The notes below the pieces were generated by a model. The model had not been told where the DNA came from. It worked only from the letters and a program-made list of their open reading frames with translations, and made no database searches. From positions 832,001 to 896,000 of the forward strand of contig OY760074.1 of NCBI GenBank assembly GCA_963663035.1: DNA of 64,000 nt, read 5' to 3'. This DNA is from Acidobacteriota bacterium (lineage in GTDB: Bacteria > Acidobacteriota > UBA6911 > RPQK01 > JADFOI01). Of the stretch, positions 29,221 to 39,200 are shown piece by piece (position 1 is the stretch's first letter; every line of letters begins with the position of its first letter). The translations under genes were made by a program, and so were the position numbers.

Positions 29221-30465
29221 TCAGCCCTCTTCATCCCCAATGAAATCCTGGTAAGTCTCCCGCCGGCGGATGAGTTGGGTGCGGTCTTCCTCCACCAGGA
29301 TCTCTGGAGCTCTGGGGCGAGAGTTGTAATTGGAAGCGGACACGAATCCGTAAGCGCCGGCATTCATCAAAGCCAGATAGTCTCCCGATGCCATTTGGGG
29401 GAGTAAGCGGTCGTGAGCGAAAAAGTCCCCGGTTTCACAGACCGGGCCCACCACATCCACTTCGATAGGCGGCTCCTCCTTTTGCTCGAGAGGACGGACT
29501 TCATGATAGGCCTGATAGAGAGAAGGACGAATCAAGTCATTCATGGCACCATCCACGATCAGAAAGTGCTTTTCATAGTTCACCTTGTGATAGAGGACCT
29601 TGTTGACCAGCACACCTGTATTTCCCACAATAAACCGTCCTGGCTCGAAGAGAATTTGATAGTTGTCCTGATGTTCCCGGAGAAACTCGGCGTATGCGCT
29701 CAAATCTGCTTCCTTTTCCTCTTGGTAGGGAATGCCGACTCCTCCTCCCAGGTCGAGGTGGTCAACCTTCAAACCTTTCGTCTCCAACATGGCGGCCACT
29801 CCCTTTAGCTCAAGGAAAGCATCCAAAAAAGGCTGAATGTCAAGGATTTGTGAGCCGATATGGCAGCCCAGACCCACCAGCCGCACATGGGAGGATTGCT
29901 TCAACAGCCCAACGATCTCCTCCACCCGATTGATGTCAATGCCGAACTTGTGGTGGTGAAAGCCGGTGGCAACATAGGGGTGAGTGGGGGAGTCGACATT
30001 GGGATTGATTCTCAAGGAAATGTGCGAACGAACGTCTTTGCCCTCAGCCAGGCTGATCAGAATTTCCAGTTCCTCAATCGACTCAATATTGACGCTCAGA
30101 AGGGGCATCGCCAGTGCTGCTTCAAGCTCTTCGACAGTTTTTCCCACCCCGCTGAAAACGATTCGCTTGGGCTCTGCGCCAATCTTCTTGAGTGCGTAGA
30201 GTTCTCCTCCCGAGACCACATCAAAGCCGCTCCCTTCCTCTTGGAGTATTCGCAGAATCGACAGATTCGAGTTGGCCTTGACGGAGTAGCAGATGAGCGG
30301 GTTCACGGCCTTGAAGGCCCTCTGGAAGGAGCGGTAGTTCTGCCGGATAGCATTCTTGCTGTAGACGTAGCAGGGGGTGCCATACTCCTGGGCAATGCTC
30401 GCTAGAGACACCTCTTCGCAGTGGAGTTCTCCGTTGCGGTATTGAAAGGCCTGTGTGAGAAACAT
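29221..30465 (-). CDS. lysA: diaminopimelate decarboxylase
   Basis: YSVKAN, FDVVSGGEL, HIGSQ, EPGR, GPVCETGD, NYNSRPR. Confidence 0.96.
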   Translation of the reverse strand: MFLTQAFQYRNGELHCEEVSLASIAQEYGTPCYVYSKNAIRQNYRSFQRAFKAVNPLICYSVKANSNLSILRILQEEGSGFDVVSGGELYALKKIGAEPKRIVFSGVGKTVEELEAALAMPLLSVNIESIEELEILISLAEGKDVRSHISLRINPNVDSPTHPYVATGFHHHKFGIDINRVEEIVGLLKQSSHVRLVGLGCHIGSQILDIQPFLDAFLELKGVAAMLETKGLKVDHLDLGGGVGIPYQEEKEADLSAYAEFLREHQDNYQILFEPGRFIVGNTGVLVNKVLYHKVNYEKHFLIVDGAMNDLIRPSLYQAYHEVRPLEQKEEPPIEVDVVGPVCETGDFFAHDRLLPQMASGDYLALMNAGAYGFVSASNYNSRPRAPEILVEEDRTQLIRRRETYQDFIGDEEG

Positions 30466-30558
30466 GAGCTGTGAAGGGCAGGATGTTAGCAGAGGGGATT
30501 CCGGGGTGTCTACTTTGCCGGTATCAGTTGGCAGTCCCCAGCGATAGAATGTCACATC

Positions 30559-31512
30559 GTGAGAAATGAGTTCGATGTGATTACCGGCGGAGCTGGCTTT
30601 ATCGGCTCCCATCTTTGCCGCGCTCTTTTGAAGCAGGGTCGAAGCCTTCGCATCGTGGACAACTTCTCTACCGGCAAGAGGGGAAACCTGGCACAGATGA
30701 TCCAGGAGCACCCGGGTCAATGTGAGATTCACGAGCAGGATATTCGTGACCTGGAGGAGCTGAAAAGACTCTTTCAGGGGGCCCAGACGATCTACCACCA
30801 GGCGGCACTCATGTCGGTCCAGCAGTCTATCGAAGATCCTCTGGAGTGCAACAGTGTTAATGTGGTAGGGACATTGAAGGTTTTGACGGCGGCCAGAGAT
30901 GCGGGGGTTCAAAAGGTGGTCTTTGCAAGCAGCACTTCTGTTTATGGGAACTCAGAAGACCTTCCCAAGCGGGAGGAGATGGAAGCAGATCCGATCTCTC
31001 CCTATGCGGTCACGAAATATGTGGGTGAGCTTTACTGCAAGATTTTTTCAGAAATGCACCACCTGCCGACCCTTGCACTGCGTTACTTCAACGTCTTCGG
31101 TCCCAACCAGGATCCGAAATCCGAGTATGCTGCGGTGGTCCCTCGTTTTATTAGCCGAGCCCTCAATGGGCAAAGCCCCATCATTTACGGCGACGGTGAA
31201 CAAAGTCGCGACTTTATCTTTGTTGAAGATATCGTTTCAGCCAATCTTTTGGCGGCTGAGTCCAAGACTCAGGGAAGGACTTTGAACATTGCCAGTGGCC
31301 AGAGCATCACGGTGAATGAACTGGCCAGCATGCTGAATGAAATTCTGGAGTTGAAGCTCGAACCAGCTTACCAGCCTGCTCGTCAGGGGGATGTCCGTGA
31401 CTCTCAAGCCGATGTAACCCGGGCCAGCCAGTTGATAGATTTCGATGCCAAGATCTCAGTCCGAGAAGGCTTGTGTCGGACGGTGGAATGGTTCCAGAAA
31501 AGACCTGAGTGA
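30559..31512 (+). CDS. NAD-dependent UDP-sugar 4-epimerase (extended SDR)
   Basis: TGGAGFIGS, YAVTK, LRYFNVFGP. Confidence 0.92.
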   Translation: MRNEFDVITGGAGFIGSHLCRALLKQGRSLRIVDNFSTGKRGNLAQMIQEHPGQCEIHEQDIRDLEELKRLFQGAQTIYHQAALMSVQQSIEDPLECNSVNVVGTLKVLTAARDAGVQKVVFASSTSVYGNSEDLPKREEMEADPISPYAVTKYVGELYCKIFSEMHHLPTLALRYFNVFGPNQDPKSEYAAVVPRFISRALNGQSPIIYGDGEQSRDFIFVEDIVSANLLAAESKTQGRTLNIASGQSITVNELASMLNEILELKLEPAYQPARQGDVRDSQADVTRASQLIDFDAKISVREGLCRTVEWFQKRPE

Positions 31513-31535
31513 TCTAACCTGGGAGTGCCACGAAC

Positions 31536-32828
31536 ATGGAATTAAAGGAAAAAATACTGACCAAGCGGGCGAAGATCGGCGTGGTGGGAGTTGGCTATGC
31601 CGGGCTGCCACTGGCCATGGCCTTTGCCCGCAGTGGATTCATGGTGCACGGCATCGATGTGGATGATGAGATGGTCAAGAATCTTAACCAGGGGAAGTCT
31701 CATATTGAGGACGTCAAGGATGAAGTGGTCCAGTCCGTCATCCACTCCGGGTGCTTCAAGGCTCACTCTGACTACCAAATCGTGTCCCAGTTGGATTGTG
31801 TCATCCTGTGCGTTCCAACCCCCTTGCGACAAACCGGAGATCCCGACATTAGCTATATGGTTGACGCGGCCAAAAAGGTAAAGGAACACCTTCATAAGGA
31901 TATGCTGATCCTTTTGCAGAGCACCTCCTATCCGGGCACCACGGATGAACTCCTGAGGGTGGAGTTGGAAAGTGAGAACTTTCAGATCGGAAAAGATCTC
32001 TTCCTGGGATTTTCTCCAGAGCGAGTCGATCCAGGAAACGTCAAGTTTACCACCAAGAACACTCCCAAGATCGTAGGCGGGATCACCCCTCACTGCACCG
32101 AGATGGCCAAGGCGCTTTACGAGCAAGTCATCGATACGGTTATCCCAGTCTCTTCGGCAGCCACGGCTGAAATGGTGAAACTGTTGGAGAACACCTTTCG
32201 GGCCGTGAATATAGGACTGGTCAACGAGATCACCATTATGTGCGACAAGCTGGGAGTCTCGGTTTGGGAAGTCATTGAAGCTGCCGCAACGAAACCTTTT
32301 GGATTTATGCCGTTTTTCCCCGGTCCCGGACTGGGTGGCCACTGTATCCCCATAGATCCTCTCTACCTCTCCTGGAAATTGAAGATGCTCAACTACAATG
32401 CTCGCTTCATTGAACTGGCCAGTGAGGTCAACACTCAGATGCCGGAATATTGTGTCCATCGAATTGTGGCGGTTCTCAACCAAAATCGAAAGTGTGTGAA
32501 CGGGACAAAGGTATTGATCATGGGCCTGACCTATAAGAAGGACGTGAGCGATGTGCGCGAGTCCCCGGCTCTGGATATCATCCGCCTGTTGGAGCTGGGT
32601 GGGGCGAAGGTGGACTACTCTGATCCCTATGTTTCACAAGTGCGACTTGATGGAGCTGTTAAGGAATCAGTGCCTCTGAGTCCGGCAAAAATTAAGGGAT
32701 ACGACCTGGTGGTGATGGTGACCAATCATTCTAGTTTCGATTACGAGATGATCCAGGAATCGGCACAGTTAGTTTTCGATACTCGAAACGTCTTCAGAGA
32801 AGCTTTCGATAACCTCGTTAAACTTTGA
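31536..32828 (+). CDS. nucleotide-sugar 6-dehydrogenase (WbpA/WecC-like)
   Basis: GVGYAG, CVPTP, SPERVDPGN, GGHCIPIDP. Confidence 0.93.
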   Translation: MELKEKILTKRAKIGVVGVGYAGLPLAMAFARSGFMVHGIDVDDEMVKNLNQGKSHIEDVKDEVVQSVIHSGCFKAHSDYQIVSQLDCVILCVPTPLRQTGDPDISYMVDAAKKVKEHLHKDMLILLQSTSYPGTTDELLRVELESENFQIGKDLFLGFSPERVDPGNVKFTTKNTPKIVGGITPHCTEMAKALYEQVIDTVIPVSSAATAEMVKLLENTFRAVNIGLVNEITIMCDKLGVSVWEVIEAAATKPFGFMPFFPGPGLGGHCIPIDPLYLSWKLKMLNYNARFIELASEVNTQMPEYCVHRIVAVLNQNRKCVNGTKVLIMGLTYKKDVSDVRESPALDIIRLLELGGAKVDYSDPYVSQVRLDGAVKESVPLSPAKIKGYDLVVMVTNHSSFDYEMIQESAQLVFDTRNVFREAFDNLVKL

Positions 32829-34066
32829 TGACCCACTCTTCGGATGATCTGATCTGGGATCGGTGGATTTCCCTTGCTGTAATGGGCGGGGTGGTGAGCT
32901 CTCTACTGTCGATCGCCGTCTCGGATATCTTGTTTGGTATTTCTATCCTACTCTGGATTGTCCACTGCTGGAAACGCAGAAAGCTGAGTCTGAAGGTCCC
33001 TCCTTTTATCGCCTTCCTGGCGGCATTTTTGGCGGCCGTCTTGATTGCTGTTGCCTTCTCCAGCGATGTCCTGGTCAGTGCTGCCTACTTGAAGAAGTTC
33101 ATCAAGTTTTTCTACGTCTTGTTGATCTTCACTTATCTGAATCGAGAGCGGGTTGAGTACGCTCTCAAAGCGATGGCCATGGTTCTGGGAATCAGTGCAG
33201 TGTACGGGATCCTGCAGTATTTCTGGCTGCTGGACATCAATCTGGTCAATCGTATCGATGGATTCATGGGACACTGGATGACCTTCTCGGGACAGTTGAT
33301 GCTGGTCTCAGTCGCTCTAGGGGGGTATCTCTTGTTCTATCGTTTGCCCCAAACCTTAGCGGGAGAGGGTGAGCATCGGGTGGGTCTGTTGAGTCGAGAA
33401 GTCCTCTCCCTGGGTGCCTGGAGTGTACTGCTGGCCCTCTTTCTTTTTGTCCTGGTTCTGACCCACACTCGAAGCAGCTGGCTGGGGACAGTTGGCGGGC
33501 TTTTACTGCTCTTATCGGTTTATCGGGTCAGATGGTTCCTGGCAGGCATCCTCATCTTGATAGCGCTCTTTTTTGCTCTCCCCAGCGGTTTGAAAGAACG
33601 TGTCTATTCCGGTCTTGACCTGACTGATACCACCACGCGCGGACGCATCGAGCTGCTGCGCACCGGCAGGAATATGATCGTAGCTCATCCCTGGACGGGT
33701 GTGGGGCCCAACATGGTGTCTCGTCGCTATCAGGATTACAATGAAACGGACGAGTTTGAAACCTGGCTCTATCAACATCTCCACAACAATTTCCTGCAGG
33801 TCGCCGCTGAAATGGGGGTGGTCACTCTCTTGATCTGGGTGGCGCTGTGGGTTCGCTTGTTTTGGGATTTCGCTCGTTTCGTTCGAGATCCAGCTTCCGA
33901 TCGCTTTTCGTCGTGCCTTGCCATGAGCGGAATCGGGGTGCTGGTTGCGTTTTTGCTGGCGGGTTTGTTTGAGTATAATTTCGGTGACTCGGAGATCCTG
34001 ATCCTGCTTCTGTTTTTCATTACAATTCCCTATGTGGTCCATGGCGGACAGGAAAAAGGCGCTTAA
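32828..34066 (+). CDS. O-antigen ligase family membrane protein
   Basis: many TM segments; TRSSWLG, GVGP, HLHNNFLQ..AEMG. Confidence 0.88.
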   Translation: MTHSSDDLIWDRWISLAVMGGVVSSLLSIAVSDILFGISILLWIVHCWKRRKLSLKVPPFIAFLAAFLAAVLIAVAFSSDVLVSAAYLKKFIKFFYVLLIFTYLNRERVEYALKAMAMVLGISAVYGILQYFWLLDINLVNRIDGFMGHWMTFSGQLMLVSVALGGYLLFYRLPQTLAGEGEHRVGLLSREVLSLGAWSVLLALFLFVLVLTHTRSSWLGTVGGLLLLLSVYRVRWFLAGILILIALFFALPSGLKERVYSGLDLTDTTTRGRIELLRTGRNMIVAHPWTGVGPNMVSRRYQDYNETDEFETWLYQHLHNNFLQVAAEMGVVTLLIWVALWVRLFWDFARFVRDPASDRFSSCLAMSGIGVLVAFLLAGLFEYNFGDSEILILLLFFITIPYVVHGGQEKGA

Positions 34067-35162
34067 TATTGCACTGCTAGGAACCCGTGGAATTCCTGCC
34101 AATTACGGAGGCTTTGAAACCTTTGCTGAGGAACTTTCCACTCGTCTGGTCAAGCGGGGGCACCGCGTTACTGTCTACGGGCGCTCTCACTTTGTCGATC
34201 CTGACTTGCGCTCCTATCGAGGGGTGGATATCTGCACACTTCCTTGTGTGCAGACGAAATATTTGGAGACAGTCAGCCACACTTTTCTCTCCGTCCTGGC
34301 GGCCCTCTTCAAGCCCTATGATGTGGTCTTGATCTGTAATGCCGCCAATGCCTGTTTTTGCTGGATCCCGGCACTAACCGGGCAGAAAGTGGTGCTGAAC
34401 GTCGATGGGATCGAGCGCCTCAGGAAAAAGTGGAACTGGCTGGGTAAGGCCTACTATCGGCTGAATGAGTTCTTATCTACAATACTCCCCGATCGGGCGG
34501 TGACCGACGCTCGTTCCGTTCAACAATACTACTTGACGGAGTATGGCTTTCGTTCCCCTTTTATCCCCTATGGAGCACCCGTGCAAGAGTGCGAAAGCCT
34601 CGAATCAGTGAAATCCCTGGGCCTGAAACCTGGAAATTATCTTCTCTACGTCAGCAGGCTCGAGCCAGAAAACAACGCCCATCTCGTGATCCAGTCTTAC
34701 ATCGACTCCGGACTGGACTACCCGCTGGTTGTGGTGGGAGATGCGCCCTATGCTGCAGATTATATCCGCGATCTGTATCGCCTGGCCAAGGGCAGGAATG
34801 TTCTTTTGCCTGGAGCCATCTACGGTGTGGGCTACCGTGAATTGCTTTCCCACTGTCTGTGCTACATTCACGCAACCGAGGTGGGGGGGACTCATCCTGC
34901 CCTCATTGAGGCGATGGGAGCGGGTTGCCTGGTGCTGGTCAATGAGACACCGGAGAATCGTGAGGTTTTGGGCGAGGCGGGCTTTCTCTATCCTTTCAAC
35001 GATTCGAAGTCACTGGCCCGGTTGATGATGCGGGTTTGCTCTCGAGCTCACGAATACGATCAATACCGGGAACGGGCTCGGCAACGGGTGCGGGATTCCT
35101 ACAGTTGGGAAGCAGTGGTGACTCAATATGAGGACATCTTCAATGAGCTCACAGCCGACTGA
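34041..35162 (+). CDS. GT4 glycosyltransferase (DUF1972-type)
   Basis: GTRGIPANYGGFET, RLEPENN, GGTHPALIEAM. Confidence 0.9.
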   Translation: MADRKKALNIALLGTRGIPANYGGFETFAEELSTRLVKRGHRVTVYGRSHFVDPDLRSYRGVDICTLPCVQTKYLETVSHTFLSVLAALFKPYDVVLICNAANACFCWIPALTGQKVVLNVDGIERLRKKWNWLGKAYYRLNEFLSTILPDRAVTDARSVQQYYLTEYGFRSPFIPYGAPVQECESLESVKSLGLKPGNYLLYVSRLEPENNAHLVIQSYIDSGLDYPLVVVGDAPYAADYIRDLYRLAKGRNVLLPGAIYGVGYRELLSHCLCYIHATEVGGTHPALIEAMGAGCLVLVNETPENREVLGEAGFLYPFNDSKSLARLMMRVCSRAHEYDQYRERARQRVRDSYSWEAVVTQYEDIFNELTAD

Positions 35163-36102
35163 CTCGCTTTACAACCAACCCCGTCATCCCATTGGCGTGG
35201 TGTTCCGGCGCACAGGTTTGAAACCGGATGTACTGCGTGTCTGGGAAAGGCGCTACGCTGCAGTGAGTCCTGCCCGGTCCTCTGGAAATCGGCGCGTTTA
35301 CTCGGATGCAGACATAGAAAAACTTCTCTTCTTGCGTCAGGCCATTGAAGGTGGGCGCAGAATCTCTCAGGTGGCTCAGCTCAATCAAGAGGAGCTGGAG
35401 GAATTGGTGGCGGCAGATCGAAGCTCCACCCCTCTCCTCAGGACCCTGCAGGACTCTGGTCAGAAACTCAATGCTGAGCACCATTTAGCTGCCTGCCTGT
35501 CGGCCGTTCAGGAACTCGAGGCCGGTGAGTTGGCGATCCTGCTCGAACGTGCAGCGGTTGCCTTGAGTCAACCTCAGCTCCTGGAAGGTGTCCTGGTCCC
35601 ATTGATGGAAGAGGTCGGGGAGCAGTGGGACCAGGGATCTTTGAGGGTGGCCCATGCGCATATGGCCTGCGCGGTCACCTGTTCGTTTCTGTCGGGACTG
35701 CCAGCGGGATGTGAGGTGGTGGAAGGGGCGCCTCAATTGGTAGTGGCGACCCCGCTGCGACAATTTCACGAGGTGGGTGCTCGGATGGCAGCTGCCACAG
35801 CCGCATCGGTGGGCTGGTGTGTCACGTATTTGGGTACCAGCCTCTCGGCTGAAGAGATTGCAGGTGCTGCCCAGCGGAAGGGAGCTCGAGCGGTTGCTCT
35901 CAGCATTGTTTATCCGCCTGATGACCCCCAGCTGCCTGAAGAGTTGCGCAAGCTCCGCCGCCATTTGGGGGATCCAATCTCTGTGCTGGTGGTCGGCAGA
36001 TCCGCCGGGAGCTACCGTGAAGTTGTCCAGGAGATCGGAGCAAGGCATCTGCAGGGGGTCACCCAACTGCGTGAGGAGCTCCAGAACTTGAGGTCGCACT
36101 AA
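35143..36102 (+). CDS. MerR-family regulator with cobalamin-binding domain (CarH/LitR-like)
   Basis: LRVWERRY HTH, W..G....HAH helical bundle, QFHEVG, YLG..L. Confidence 0.87.
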   Translation: MSSQPTDSLYNQPRHPIGVVFRRTGLKPDVLRVWERRYAAVSPARSSGNRRVYSDADIEKLLFLRQAIEGGRRISQVAQLNQEELEELVAADRSSTPLLRTLQDSGQKLNAEHHLAACLSAVQELEAGELAILLERAAVALSQPQLLEGVLVPLMEEVGEQWDQGSLRVAHAHMACAVTCSFLSGLPAGCEVVEGAPQLVVATPLRQFHEVGARMAAATAASVGWCVTYLGTSLSAEEIAGAAQRKGARAVALSIVYPPDDPQLPEELRKLRRHLGDPISVLVVGRSAGSYREVVQEIGARHLQGVTQLREELQNLRSH

Positions 36103-36127
36103 ATTTGCTGATGGATCTTGCTAAGTG

Positions 36128-36988
36128 ATGGATCTGAGCGTGGTCATCGTGAATTGGAACAGCGGGACCTACCTGGCTCGTCTGCTGACTTCTCTTCTCC
36201 CCTTAAAAGAGGAGTTGGAAGAAATTTGGGTCGTGGATAATGCCTCCAGCGACTCGAGTCTGGATGGGCTCGAAGACACTCCTGGTGTCCAGATCCTGTC
36301 TCTCCCTGAGAATCAGGGTTTTGCTGGTGGAGCCAATGAAGGCATTTCTCGAAGCAGCTCCACTTTCATCTTACTCTTCAATCCGGATGTGGAAGTGGTT
36401 GCAGACAGCGTCCGCCAGCTTTACCAGGAGATGAAGAAGAGGCCCCGAGCTGCCATCGTATGTGGTGCGCTGGAGGATCCAGAGGGGAAATCACAGAGCG
36501 CCTTTCAGCTCCTCCCCTTTCCCAGCTGGAAAAGTGTATTGTCCGATGCACTCTTTATCGATGAGCTCATAGCATGGCTGGGCAACGGATCGGGGAGGCG
36601 GAAGTCGACTGCATCCGCTGGGCCCTCTTCACCGGGCGGGCGAGAATTGGACTCTGAGCAGCCGGCTGCGGCTGCCTGGTTGCTTCGCAAGGAGGCCTGG
36701 AAGGAAATGGGTGGGTTCGATACCCGATTTTTTCCGGCCTGGTTTGAGGATGTCGACTATTGTAAGCGACTCCAGGGCTCCGGTTGGCAGATTTTCTATT
36801 TTCCTGACTTGCCCATGATCCACCGAGGCGGACTGGCGTTGGAAACACTGAGTTATGCTGGCTTTGTTGGAATCTTTTACCAAAATCTGCTCAGATACCT
36901 GAAAAAGCATCCTGCCCGTCTCTATCCGCTGCTGTGGCTTCCCGTCCAGACGGGAATGTGGATCAGGCGGCTGTTGATACCAAGATGA
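36128..36988 (+). CDS. GT2 glycosyltransferase
   Basis: VVIVNWNS, VDNAS.D, NPD, FEDVDYC. Confidence 0.9.
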   Translation: MDLSVVIVNWNSGTYLARLLTSLLPLKEELEEIWVVDNASSDSSLDGLEDTPGVQILSLPENQGFAGGANEGISRSSSTFILLFNPDVEVVADSVRQLYQEMKKRPRAAIVCGALEDPEGKSQSAFQLLPFPSWKSVLSDALFIDELIAWLGNGSGRRKSTASAGPSSPGGRELDSEQPAAAAWLLRKEAWKEMGGFDTRFFPAWFEDVDYCKRLQGSGWQIFYFPDLPMIHRGGLALETLSYAGFVGIFYQNLLRYLKKHPARLYPLLWLPVQTGMWIRRLLIPR

Positions 36989-37992
36989 ACACCGCAAGCA
37001 GACGTCCGGTCCTGGTGAGTCTGGTCACCTACAATGACGAGTCTTTTCTTGCCCGTTGCCTGGTGGCGGTGCAAAGGCAAACCATTGAAGTACGGGTGAA
37101 GCTTTTTGATAACGATTCTCACGATGGGACTCGAGAGATTGCCCGCAGCTATGGAATCCAAGTGCATGAATCGACGGAAAATCGAGGCTACAGTTTTGGC
37201 CACAACCACAACCTTCTGGGGGAGGATTTTGACGCTGTCCTGCTTCTCAATGCGGACGTCATTTTGCAACTCAACTATCTTGAGGTGCTTCTGGGAGCCC
37301 TGAATGAGGTTGAAAAAGCAGGGATGGCCGGGGGGAAACTGTATCGAATGGATAACAAAGGCCGCCAGGTCTTTCGGGGGGCCTTTCCAGTCCTGGACAG
37401 CACCGGGATGTTCTTCACTCCTTCTCAGCGACACTTTGACCGGGGCAGTGAAGAGGAAGACCGCGGACAGTATGATCTCCGTCACCTCGTTTTCGGTATC
37501 ACCGGAGCGACCCTCTTATGCAAGAAGGAGATGCTGGAGGATTTGCGCCTGGGGGATGAGTATCTGGATGAAGACTTCTTTGCCTATCGTGAGGACGCAG
37601 ACCTGGCCTGGAGGGCTCAACTGCGAGGTTGGAAGGCGGTCTACGAACCGCGAGCTGAGGCCCTGCACTGCCGTCGCGTGCTTCCCAAGGGCAGGAAAAG
37701 ACTCCCCCCTCTCATCAATTACCATTCCCTCAAAAACCGCTATCTGATGCGGATGAAGAACCTCGACTCGGCGGTGCGAAGACGCTGCTTTCCCCATATG
37801 TGGATTCGGGATGTGGGTATTCTTGCCTATGTCCTGCTCTTCGAGTGGAGTTCCCTGCCGGCTTATCGAGAAGTGTGGCGCCTTCGACAAAAGTTCAGCC
37901 AGAAACGTGCGCACGTTCAGGGCACGCGCCGTGTGAGCTCTGACGGCATCGTCCCTTGGTTTTCATTTACGCCTACAGCCCTGGATCCATGA
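36985..37992 (+). CDS. GT2 glycosyltransferase
   Basis: VTYND, DNDSHD, LNAD, YREDADLAWR. Confidence 0.9.
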   Translation: MNTASRRPVLVSLVTYNDESFLARCLVAVQRQTIEVRVKLFDNDSHDGTREIARSYGIQVHESTENRGYSFGHNHNLLGEDFDAVLLLNADVILQLNYLEVLLGALNEVEKAGMAGGKLYRMDNKGRQVFRGAFPVLDSTGMFFTPSQRHFDRGSEEEDRGQYDLRHLVFGITGATLLCKKEMLEDLRLGDEYLDEDFFAYREDADLAWRAQLRGWKAVYEPRAEALHCRRVLPKGRKRLPPLINYHSLKNRYLMRMKNLDSAVRRRCFPHMWIRDVGILAYVLLFEWSSLPAYREVWRLRQKFSQKRAHVQGTRRVSSDGIVPWFSFTPTALDP

Positions 37993-38068
37993 ATTCCCAG
38001 CTTCCCGCTTTCGAGGGCATTTGACTTTCGATGTGTTAGTATAGAAAGCAGATCAGGAGGACTCAAAA

Positions 38069-38380
38069 ATGGGAGAAGCGACGAAAGTAGCAACGAAGCA
38101 AGATTTGCAGCCTGGCGACGCCCTCTGTGTGGAGGTGAATGGGCAGAAGATCGCTCTTTTCAACGTGGAGGGAACTTACTACGCCCTCGACGATACCTGT
38201 ACTCACGTGGGAGGTTCCCTGTCGCAGGGAGAGGTGAGTGCAACCAGCGTGACCTGCCCCTGGCACGGTGCTCAGTTCGAGCTCGAGACGGGTAATGTGG
38301 TGCGGGCACCCGCTCAGGATAACGTGGGATGCTATAAGGTTCTCGTCGAAGGCGATGATATCAAGATAGAAATCCCTTAG
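38069..38380 (+). CDS. Rieske-type [2Fe-2S] ferredoxin
   Basis: CTH...CPWHG. Confidence 0.93.
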   Translation: MGEATKVATKQDLQPGDALCVEVNGQKIALFNVEGTYYALDDTCTHVGGSLSQGEVSATSVTCPWHGAQFELETGNVVRAPAQDNVGCYKVLVEGDDIKIEIP

Positions 38381-38412
38381 AAGCTTTGACCGGATAAAGG
38401 AGGAGTTTGCTT

Positions 38413-39162
38413 ATGTACGATCCCTTGATGGTTCAGCCCATGCGCGATGAAATGACCCAGGCTGGTTTCAAGGAGTTAACCAGCGCCGGAGATGTGGATG
38501 CCCTGGTGGGGCAAAAGGAGACAACAAATCTGATCTTCATTAATTCCGTCTGTGGCTGTGCCGCCGGTATTGCCAGGCCTGCAATCATAGAATCCCTGAA
38601 GAATGAGATCCTTCCCCAGGAGCTGGCGACGGCCTTTGCAGGCAATGACGTGGAAGCTGTGGATCGGGCCAGAGCATGTTTCGTCGGCTATGCTCCCTCT
38701 TCCCCCTGCCTGGCTCTGTTCCGCGAAGGCCGGCTCGTTCACATGATCGAAAGACATCACATCGAGGGACAGACGGCGGAAGCTCTCACAAAGATGCTGA
38801 CCAGCGTCTACAACAGGTACTGCGGGGAACAGATCGATGAATCGGCCGAGATCTACGATCCCCTGGCTGAGCTGCAGATGACGGTGGAGGAAGCCAGGGA
38901 GAAAATCTCCGCCAACTCCGAGCTGGCTCTTCTGGATCTGCGGATGCCTTCTGAAGTCGAGAAGGGAAAGATCGAAGGTGCCCTGATGGTGGATGAAAAG
39001 TTGGGGCAGGAAATCGTCAGCAGTTGGCCCCGAGATCGTCAGATCATTATTTACTGCCAGCATGGCAACAGGAGTCTGACCACGACCCAGTTCTTAAGAA
39101 CGCAGGGATTCCAGAACGTGTTCACCCTCACAGGCGGGTTCGAAGCCTGGTCCAACAACTGA
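38413..39162 (+). CDS. BrxA/BrxB bacilliredoxin fused to a rhodanese domain
   Basis: NSVCGCAAG, PSSP, IERHHIEG, then LLDLR...YCQHGNRS...GGFEAW. Confidence 0.85.
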   Translation: MYDPLMVQPMRDEMTQAGFKELTSAGDVDALVGQKETTNLIFINSVCGCAAGIARPAIIESLKNEILPQELATAFAGNDVEAVDRARACFVGYAPSSPCLALFREGRLVHMIERHHIEGQTAEALTKMLTSVYNRYCGEQIDESAEIYDPLAELQMTVEEAREKISANSELALLDLRMPSEVEKGKIEGALMVDEKLGQEIVSSWPRDRQIIIYCQHGNRSLTTTQFLRTQGFQNVFTLTGGFEAWSNN

Positions 39163-39200
39163 GGGGGTGTTGCCCAAAGGACCGGAAAGTGGGAGCCGCC

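Noticed and set aside
30466-30912. N-terminal extension of LysA in the ORF track
   Set aside because: It overlaps the divergent epimerase gene, and LysA similarity begins at Met 30465.
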